Below the pieces are notes generated by a model that was given only the letters and a program-made list of their open reading frames with translations, ran no database searches and was not told the origin of the DNA. A stretch of 24,547 nucleotides of DNA from a virus. Positions 17,197-22,965 of the stretch are shown here, in pieces; the stretch's first letter is position 1; each line of letters opens with the position of its first letter. The stretch lies in the IMG/VR virus record IMGVR_UViG_3300029573_000021, positions 11,099 to 35,645 of that record; one strand, 5' to 3'. The position numbers and the translations under genes were made by a program.

Positions 17197-18535
17197 CGGT
17201 AAATCCTTTCATGAGTCCGGCGTAAATCATTTGCTGAAGCTGTTCATAAGCATCGGGCGGAATGAGTGCTTTTTCCGGTTCCCTGTTGGCCGCCGCCGTC
17301 ACCGGAACGGGGTCCTGCGTGTCCTCGATCGACATGCCGATCTTTTCTTCAATCTCGGTCTTCTCGGGGCGGACGCCTCCGTCGGCAAGCGCGGCGATTT
17401 CCTCGGCTTTCTGCAGCGGGGTCTGGACGGTGTCAAAAGTGATGTGGAGGCGGGCCAGCGGTTCGCCGTCTCCCAGGACAAGCGGGCTGATGGCGGCGTT
17501 AAAAGCTTCGGCGACCTTGGAACAGACCGCGGAGACGACCGAATTCCAGCTGTCCGTGTGCGCTCCCCCGGCCAGCGTGCCGGATCCTGATTCATTCAGG
17601 ACGGTCAGAGTGCCGGCCATTACAAACCGCACCTGGTCCTTGTCGGACATGTTGATTCGGGATAGGAAATAGTTTTCGTTGATGTTGGAGGCTTTCAACG
17701 GTTCGGCGGCGCAGCCGGGAGGAAGCACAATGGAGGCTCCCGATTTGAGTTCCTCACAGGCCCGTTCCAGCGCGTCCATGACGGCGGCGCTCGCGTCCTT
17801 GGGCGCCGTGATGATGACCGGGGCGCTCCCGTAGCGGTCCATATGGTTGTCCCACGTAACTTTGGCGTGATTCCGCTCAAAAGAGGCGCGGGTTGCCGGA
17901 AAAAGAATGGGGTTCCGGTGCTCCATGACCACGAGCGTTTCTTCCTCTACGCTCTCGCCCGTGTCGACCCCGATGTAGCACTGGGGATTAAACTGCCATT
18001 CGTTCAGCTCTCCGGGCCGCACCCAGTATCGCTGCGGGATGAATTCAAAGCGGCGGCCCCAGGAATCTTCGATGTATTGGAGGTGGGCGTACCCGTAAAA
18101 CATAGCGGAGGCCAACTGCCCAAAGGCCTGTTGAAGTCCGGTGACGGAGTGATAGAATTCTTCCAGCGCGTTCTGCTGACGCTGGGCTTCCGGGCTGTCG
18201 TCCGCGGCGTCAATCTTCCATCCCTGCATGGAGACGCTTTCAATGAGCCGGGAATAGAGCATGCCCATCAAGCCGTCCGAGTAGATGACCTCGTCCCAAA
18301 TGAGCATTTGGCGGGCAAAGGCTCCACGCCGCGCTTCGTTCCGGGCGTCAATCAGGGTTTGCAGGTCGGCGCCCTGTAACGGGTCCCAATATTCGTACCA
18401 TTGAGGCTGGTTAGGCTTCCGGCTCTGTTCCGTCAACGCTCGCCGGGCCAGGTCCGTTTCAAGCTCCTTGATTCTGGTCTCCTGTTGGGCTACCAGCTTC
18501 GGGGCGTTGAGGATATTTCGGACGGCGTTAAACCT
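17171..18535 (-). CDS. portal protein (Mu gp29 / DUF935-like), 454 aa from AGG 18535 (ORF track gives TTG 18436)
   Basis: It lies downstream of the terminase. The 33 codons upstream of the TTG read FNAVRNILNAPKLVAQQETRIKELETDLARRA, a coiled-coil N-terminus with no ATG, GTG or TTG. The AGG at 18535 lies 23 nt downstream of the tRNA 3' end. Confidence 0.75.
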   Translation of the reverse strand, partial: RFNAVRNILNAPKLVAQQETRIKELETDLARRALTEQSRKPNQPQWYEYWDPLQGADLQTLIDARNEARRGAFARQMLIWDEVIYSDGLMGMLYSRLIESVSMQGWKIDAADDSPEAQRQQNALEEFYHSVTGLQQAFGQLASAMFYGYAHLQYIEDSWGRRFEFIPQRYWVRPGELNEWQFNPQCYIGVDTGESVEEETLVVMEHRNPILFPATRASFERNHAKVTWDNHMDRYGSAPVIITAPKDASAAVMDALERACEELKSGASIVLPPGCAAEPLKASNINENYFLSRINMSDKDQVRFVMAGTLTVLNESGSGTLAGGAHTDSWNSVVSAVCSKVAEAFNAAISPLVLGDGEPLARLHITFDTVQTPLQKAEEIAALADGGVRPEKTEIEEKIGMSIEDTQDPVPVTAAANREPEKALIPPDAYEQLQQMIYAGLMKGFTDDQHETNQ

Positions 18536-18558
18536 GCGGCGGGAGGAAAAGAAAAGGT

Positions 18559-18632
18559 TGGTTGCAGGGGGAGGAGTTGGACCTCCGACATGAGGACAGG
18601 AACCTCATATGATACCGTTTCACCACCCTGCG
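18559..18632 (-). tRNA. 74-nt tRNA, anticodon CCU (reads AGG), with initiator-tRNA-like acceptor stem and encoded CCA
   Basis: Hand-folded cloverleaf: CGCAGGG-UG-GUGA-AACGGUA-UCAU-A-UGAGG-UUCCUGU-CCUCA-UGUC-GGAGG-UCCAACU-CCUCC-CCCUGCA-A-CCA. Acceptor pairs 2-7 are Watson-Crick and 1:72 is a C/A mismatch. U8, G18G19, U33 and purine 37 are present. One deviation is C at position 55 of the T-loop. Confidence 0.6.
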
Positions 18633-18679
18633 ATTGAATATAAATCAACACATATAGATATGTTGATATATTGTCAACC
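18633..18679 (-). promoter_or_regulatory. AT-rich spacer with TTGACA hexamer and nested palindromes upstream of the tRNA
   Basis: On the minus strand, TTGACA lies at 18677-18672. Palindromes are ATCAACA...TGTTGAT (18644-18650 / 18661-18667) and ACATAT-AG-ATATGT (18650-18663). I could not fit a convincing -10 box at 17 nt, so promoter function is tentative. Confidence 0.3.
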
Positions 18680-20053
18680 CTAATATCTCCCGTAAGCGCG
18701 TTTTGATGACACGGGACGGGCGTACCAGGCTCCCAGCGTCCGCGCCAGTCCGCTGTTCCGGCGCGCGTGCCAGGCCATCACAAGGGCGTCGGCCCGGTCT
18801 GGGGAACGAACGCCCCGCTTTGCCATATCTTCTTTGCTTTCAATGCGGACGCGGCCTATTGCGTCGGTTTGGAGTCGTGGAGCAACCAGCTGCTCAATCG
18901 TATCCTCGTCAATGTCGAGGATGAGTTCTTTTTCTTCGATGGCGCGGGCGAGAGCCCGCCATGCTTGGGCGCGGAGGTTGACAAAGGCTTGTGTGTCATC
19001 TGCCGGGAAGCCTCCCCGGTAGGAGTGCACGGGGAAACCCTCAGCCCGGAAGTCGTCAATGATGGGAAGCCCCAGTCCGTCGCCGTCGGCAAAGATGCGG
19101 TCGGCAGAGATGCCGAGTTCGGCGGCCTTTCGGCGGAAACGTCCGCGCGCTCCTACAGTGTCTGGGTCGGCCCAGTGGTCGGCGATGAAAAAACGGTTGC
19201 CCTGTCCGGCCGCGAAGACATTCTCATCACCCCCGGCGGCGAAGTCAAAGCCGCCGCAGGTCTCCCCGGTGTCCAAAAAGGGAGGCGGGTTGTTGAGCAG
19301 CTCCATGATGGCGCGGCGGGAAATGACGGATTGCCCGTCGAGGTCGGTGAATTCGCCGAGGATGGCGGAGCGGTAGAAGGAGGACTGTTCGCCGTATTCT
19401 TTTTTCAGGCGCTCGGCCTTGCCCGGATCGTTGATTTCGATATGCGGGCAATCCTCGTATTTGACGCGGATTTTGTAATAGAGCGATGAATTTTTGTGAA
19501 AGCAGTCGTAAAAGGTGCCGGAATCGGCGCCAGGCGACGAGGTGATGAACGCGTGAAAGAGCGTGCAGCGGGAAACAGCGGTGAAGATGGAGTCGGGAAT
19601 GGTCTTGGCTTCGTCCAGGACGTAAAAGACGGGATCCACGTCGGGCGAGATTTTCGGGTGCCATCCTTCCGCGCGGCCGGCGTTGTCGGTCGAGAAGCCC
19701 ACGGCAAAACCTCCTTCAGGGGTACGGATTTCCGTCTTGTTGAACGTCCAGCCGTCAAAGAAAGGGTTGTCCATGTAGCGGCGGAGCGCGGGAAAGAGCT
19801 GCTTTTCCACCTGCATCCACGACGACGACGTGACCGGCACCTGCCCCCGCGGGAAGCAGGTAAGGAAGTACAGGATGGCCGGAGCGATGCAGTTGCTCGT
19901 CTTGCCGGATCCGTTGGGGGCGACCAGAGCCACGCTTTTCCCTCCCAGGGTCAGCTTGCCGAGGGACAACGCCTTGATGGCTTCCACCTGCCAGGGATAG
20001 GGATCCAGGCGGAGGATGTGGCGAAGGAAGAAGCTGACGGGGAGGTATGGCCT
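18680..20053 (-). CDS. terL: terminase large subunit, 457 aa from AGG 20053 (ORF track gives GTG 19987)
   Basis: It has Walker A (VAPNGSGKTS), Walker B (FYVLDEAK) and a C-terminal nuclease-like acidic motif. The 22 codons upstream of the GTG read PYLPVSFFLRHILRLDPYPWQ, which includes the conserved pWQ motif. They contain no ATG, GTG or TTG. The AGG lies 5 nt after the TerS stop. Confidence 0.85.
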   Translation of the reverse strand, partial: RPYLPVSFFLRHILRLDPYPWQVEAIKALSLGKLTLGGKSVALVAPNGSGKTSNCIAPAILYFLTCFPRGQVPVTSSSWMQVEKQLFPALRRYMDNPFFDGWTFNKTEIRTPEGGFAVGFSTDNAGRAEGWHPKISPDVDPVFYVLDEAKTIPDSIFTAVSRCTLFHAFITSSPGADSGTFYDCFHKNSSLYYKIRVKYEDCPHIEINDPGKAERLKKEYGEQSSFYRSAILGEFTDLDGQSVISRRAIMELLNNPPPFLDTGETCGGFDFAAGGDENVFAAGQGNRFFIADHWADPDTVGARGRFRRKAAELGISADRIFADGDGLGLPIIDDFRAEGFPVHSYRGGFPADDTQAFVNLRAQAWRALARAIEEKELILDIDEDTIEQLVAPRLQTDAIGRVRIESKEDMAKRGVRSPDRADALVMAWHARRNSGLARTLGAWYARPVSSKRAYGRY

Positions 20054-20058
20054 GATGT

Positions 20059-20574
20059 CTAGGGATTGAGCTTGCCAGCGATGGTTTCCAGCGCGGTTTT
20101 CTCGTCTTCCTGGAGCTGGGCCAGCTGCTCGGGGTCCAGGGTGATTTTCCGTTCCAGCGGCGCCCCGGGAACGCCGGCGACGTCCTGGCGGACCCGGTCT
20201 CCAAATTTTTCGGGAGCGAAACGGGCAGCGACTTTCAGCCGGGTTTCAATGGCGAGCTTCTTCGCGGCGACGGAGGCGGAGCCGCATTCCGGGTCAAGGG
20301 CGACTTTTGCGGCTTCATCGGCCAGTTCCTGACACGCGTCGAGCATAGCTTCCGACTGCGCTTCCCGCGAGCGTTGAATGAGTTGGGAAAAATCCGGCCT
20401 GGTTTGCCGCCAGTTCCAGACTGTCCAGACGTCCGGCATGTGATCGTCCGAGCAAATGGACTTCATCGTTTCCCCGTTGGCTAAACGGGAGGCTATCTCG
20501 TCGGCTAATGCCTCCGTATAGAGGCTGGGCCGTCCTATTTTCTTGTTGGCGGTAGGTGATTGCTTCTTTTTCCT
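20059..20574 (-). CDS. terS: terminase small subunit, 171 aa from AGG 20574 (ORF track gives ATG 20466)
   Basis: The 36 codons upstream of the ATG read KKKQSPTANKKIGRPSLYTEALADEIASRLANGET, the typical TerS N-terminal HTH (GRPs.Yt.e.a.eIc.rla.G). An in-frame TAG lies at 20583-20581, only 3 codons before the AGG. There is no ATG, GTG or TTG in between. Confidence 0.8.
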   Translation of the reverse strand, partial: RKKKQSPTANKKIGRPSLYTEALADEIASRLANGETMKSICSDDHMPDVWTVWNWRQTRPDFSQLIQRSREAQSEAMLDACQELADEAAKVALDPECGSASVAAKKLAIETRLKVAARFAPEKFGDRVRQDVAGVPGAPLERKITLDPEQLAQLQEDEKTALETIAGKLNP

Positions 20575-20582
20575 GCAGGTCT

Positions 20583-20611
20583 ACTCTAGAGGACAGTAGC
20601 TAGCAAATCAA
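20583..20611 (-). promoter_or_regulatory. putative late-operon promoter, TTGATT-17 nt-TAGAGT
   Basis: On the minus strand the -35 is at 20611-20606 and the -10 at 20588-20583. The -10 ends 8 nt before the AGG at 20574, which predicts a leaderless or near-leaderless TerS mRNA. This is a sigma70-type match by eye only, and the host promoter grammar is unknown. Confidence 0.3.
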
Positions 20612-20643
20612 GCACTCTGTTTGTTCTTTCCTTTCTGGGCCCA

Positions 20644-20672
20644 TTGACAAATCTGACCCTCTCACATATACA
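20644..20672 (+). promoter_or_regulatory. putative divergent promoter, TTGACA-17 nt-TATACA
   Basis: The -35 is at 20644-20649 and the -10 at 20667-20672. The GTG at 20679 lies 6 nt after the -10, which predicts a leaderless transcript for the zinc-ribbon gene. Confidence 0.35.
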
Positions 20673-20678
20673 GATTTT

Positions 20679-21044
20679 GTGAAAAAGTGTCCTATATGCG
20701 GCAAGGATGTTCCGCCGCGCTACGGAGCGCGGGAAAGCGTATACTGCTCCCGCGCTTGCCTCAAGGCACACTATGACGCCGCCTGGGAAACTATCACCTG
20801 CCCCGTGTGCGGAAAGGAATTCCGCGCTAAAAAACTCTTTCGGCGGAAACATTGCTCTTATCCTTGCGCAAATGCGGACATGGCAGCGGCGCCGGATGGC
20901 GGGTACTTGCCGCCCCTGCCGTCCCGAAGGAATAAAAAAGGGCAGCCCCGAAGAACCGCCCTTTTTAAGGGAATGAGCGTTTCCGCTCGTGCTGATCTTG
21001 TGATCGTTTTAATCCACAGCCCCGGAGGGCTGACGTGTTCCTAG
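20679..21044 (+). CDS. tandem zinc-ribbon protein (two CPxCGK...(Y/H)CSxxC units, YacG/zf-FCS-like), 121 aa
   Basis: GTG start. The two units are CPICGKDVPPRYGARESVYCSRACLKAHYDAAW and CPVCGKEFRAKKLFRRKHCSYPC. The C-terminal 50 aa look poorly coding. They contain an A-tract/hairpin/T-tract at 20935-20966. Confidence 0.55.
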   Translation: MKKCPICGKDVPPRYGARESVYCSRACLKAHYDAAWETITCPVCGKEFRAKKLFRRKHCSYPCANADMAAAPDGGYLPPLPSRRNKKGQPRRTALFKGMSVSARADLVIVLIHSPGGLTCS

Positions 21045-21140
21045 AAAGAACAAATTACTTCTCTCATATTCTGCGCCAGGCCGCAAGCAAAAACGGAATG
21101 ACAACTTTTTTCACCTTTTTTCATTTTTTCTCTTGCATTC

Positions 21141-21155
21141 CTATAAATTTTATAG
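21141..21155. promoter_or_regulatory. perfect 7-1-7 palindrome CTATAAA-T-TTTATAG in an AT-rich promoter region
   Basis: Read directly from the sequence. It lies about 80 nt upstream of the ATG at 21234 and is followed by TAATTTTG and TTGACG motifs. It is an operator-like site. Confidence 0.3.
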
Positions 21156-21233
21156 TAACTTAATTTTGTTGACGGGAGGTAAGGGACCGAACGAAGACAT
21201 AATCCAAATAACAAAACTAGAAAGAACAAGACA

Positions 21234-21557
21234 ATGAACGATAACAAAATCATCACCACGGAAGACGGAGAAGAAATCAACCTGACCGCTCTTGAACGTG
21301 AATTTGGCAGCTACAAGTTTGAAGGCAAGACCTACTATGCAGCGCGCCAGATGGAATACACCAACAGGGTTTTCCCTGGCTCCTATGCGGACAAATACGA
21401 AGACGGCAGCTATACGGAAGAATGGTCTGCTCCCGGCTATGATGCAGAAGGGAACAAGGTTGAAATCTTCATGGTCTTTGAACAAATGACGGGCGAAGAA
21501 ATTGAAGGAGAAAACCTCAACTGGACGCAGGACGCTTCCCGCGTTGAAGCTCTCTAA
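21234..21557 (+). CDS. small highly acidic protein (107 aa)
   Basis: ATG start. About a quarter of the residues are D or E, and the protein is rich in aromatic Y/F/W. It is followed by a strong hairpin and lies in the low-GC island. Confidence 0.6.
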   Translation: MNDNKIITTEDGEEINLTALEREFGSYKFEGKTYYAARQMEYTNRVFPGSYADKYEDGSYTEEWSAPGYDAEGNKVEIFMVFEQMTGEEIEGENLNWTQDASRVEAL

Positions 21558-21566
21558 ATAACCCCC

Positions 21567-21596
21567 AGGGGCGGCAAAGCCGCCCCTCCTTTCTCA
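21567..21596 (+). terminator. intrinsic terminator-like hairpin (AGGGGCGGC-AAA-GCCGCCCCT) followed by CCTTTCTC
   Basis: It has a 9-bp GC-rich stem, a 3-nt loop and a pyrimidine/T-rich tail. The next ATG is only 3 nt after the tail, so it may act as an attenuator rather than a full stop. Confidence 0.55.
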
Positions 21597-21598
21597 CT

Positions 21599-22903
21599 AT
21601 GACCGCACAAGAATTTATCGACTGGCTTCAAACTGCCAACAATCTTCCAAATCCTACCCAAGCTGTAAAAAGGGCCGCGCAGATGATGCGGGTGACGGAA
21701 GATGCTGTTTGGAAGTGGCTAAATACTAAAAAACCACATCCCACGCCTGAATACATGCAATTGCTCATGGAGTTATTGCATGAAAAATACCGAGAAAAGA
21801 GGTTTCACCGCATTATTTCTCACGAGCAGCGTGAAGAAATGCGGTCCATGTTGGGCAAAAAACCTGATCTGGAAATCGCCGAGCTACTCGGAATAGCGCG
21901 CGTCACGGTCCAGACTGAACGCTATAAATTAGGTATCAAAAAGTATTGCAGCCCTGAAGCAATCCGCATCCAACACGATGAAGAGCTTATTGCAGTGCTC
22001 GGAAAAATTCCTGACTCGGAGTGTGCCAAGAAGTTTGGATACTCAAATTCCAGAGTAGCCTACCTTAGAAAGAAATTAGGGATTAAGTCATATAGGGGGC
22101 CGCGTAAACCCCGTCAGCCACGAGACCCAAATAAACCACACAAGAAAAAAGAGTATCCCGAAGAGTTAATTAACATGCTTGGAAAGACCCCGGATGATGA
22201 AATTGCTAAAAAATTCGGTTATTCCAAGGCAGGAATTGCGCTTATTAGAAAAAAGATGGGCATTCCATCATTATCTGATACTAAATTCCCCGAAGAGAAA
22301 CGCGAAGAAATGCTATCCATGCTTGGGAAAGTTCCTGATAGCGAAATTGCTGAAAGGCTTGGAATATCGCTTAATGTTGTAGCGCGGAACCGTAGAAAAT
22401 TAAAAATTGCTCCAGCTCCATACTCTCCCATTAAGGATGCGGACAAGGATATAATTCTTAATTTATTGGGAAGAGTATCAGATTTAAAAATTGCAAAAAA
22501 AACAGGGTACAGCGTATATGTAATTAAAAAATTTAGAGAACAGAACAAAATTAAGCCTTTCAGTAAAAGCATTTTAGAAAGATTTTCACCGGACCAACGT
22601 AAAAAACTCTTATCTATGCTTGGGAAAGTTTATGATAGAGTAATAGCCGAAAAATTTAATATTGATGACGAGGCAGTAAGAAGAATTAGACAGAAATTGA
22701 ATGTTCCGGCATTACGTGAGGAAAAAAGCTTGCAAGAAACAATAGAAGGGGACGAATACATTAAATCCCTGCTGGGCACAATGACTGATAAAGAAGTCGC
22801 TAATAAAACAGGCAAATCAATACAAGTTATCGGAAAAGCAAGGAGAAAATTAAATATCCCGGCGTTTGATACAAGGGGGCGGTCTACAAAGAAACAATCT
22901 TGA
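21599..22903 (+). CDS. DNA-binding protein with an N-terminal HTH plus seven tandem HTH repeats (434 aa)
   Basis: The unit (M/L)LGK.PD.EIA.K.G.S...V...R.KL.I recurs 7 times at a period of about 45-60 aa. Examples are MLGKKPDLEIAELLGIARVTVQTERYKLGI and MLGKTPDDEIAKKFGYSKAGIALIRKKMGI. The unit resembles sigma-70 region 4 or a small HTH. GC content is about 40%. Confidence 0.75.
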   Translation: MTAQEFIDWLQTANNLPNPTQAVKRAAQMMRVTEDAVWKWLNTKKPHPTPEYMQLLMELLHEKYREKRFHRIISHEQREEMRSMLGKKPDLEIAELLGIARVTVQTERYKLGIKKYCSPEAIRIQHDEELIAVLGKIPDSECAKKFGYSNSRVAYLRKKLGIKSYRGPRKPRQPRDPNKPHKKKEYPEELINMLGKTPDDEIAKKFGYSKAGIALIRKKMGIPSLSDTKFPEEKREEMLSMLGKVPDSEIAERLGISLNVVARNRRKLKIAPAPYSPIKDADKDIILNLLGRVSDLKIAKKTGYSVYVIKKFREQNKIKPFSKSILERFSPDQRKKLLSMLGKVYDRVIAEKFNIDDEAVRRIRQKLNVPALREEKSLQETIEGDEYIKSLLGTMTDKEVANKTGKSIQVIGKARRKLNIPAFDTRGRSTKKQS

Positions 22904-22915
22904 TCTTTCCAAGAT

Positions 22916-22948
22916 AAAAACGCGCCCCCTATACGAGATTCCAGGGGG
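22916..22948 (-). terminator. hairpin CCCCCT-12 nt-AGGGGG followed on the minus strand by CGCGTTTTTAT; terminator of the replication operon, between convergent genes
   Basis: The stem is 22925-22930 / 22943-22948, and the T-run on the minus strand corresponds to 22916-22920. It is located between the stops at 22903 (+) and 22966 (-). Confidence 0.45.
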
Positions 22949-22965
22949 TATACGAGATTCCAGGG
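22930..22965. repeat. 17-bp direct repeat TATACGAGATTCCAGGG x2 (22930-22946 and 22949-22965)
   Basis: The two copies are identical and separated by GG. The first copy forms the loop and 3' arm of the terminator hairpin. Confidence 0.9.

Noticed and set aside
20053-20061. A -1 frameshift fusing TerS to TerL, since the TerL frame is -1 relative to TerS and has no canonical start. A similar case links the 65-aa ORF to the 216-aa ORF at about 11490.
   Set aside because: There is no X XXY YYZ slippery heptamer at either junction. TerS-TerL fusions are not expected biologically. An AGG start fits both junctions.
20572-20605. A cluster of restriction-type palindromes (CCTGCAGG, TCTAGA, GCTAGC) that resembles a synthetic polylinker.
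   Set aside because: The sites are separated by irregular natural sequence. They overlap the predicted -10 box and the TerS start. They are contiguous with normal coding sequence. Chance occurrence in a promoter region is the simpler explanation.
20586-21485. Minus-strand ORFs 20586-20852 (88 aa), 21041-21280 (79 aa) and 21150-21485 (111 aa).
   Set aside because: They overlap the better-supported plus-strand zinc-ribbon and acidic-protein genes or the AT-rich promoter region. Their products look like low-complexity hydrophobic artefacts.
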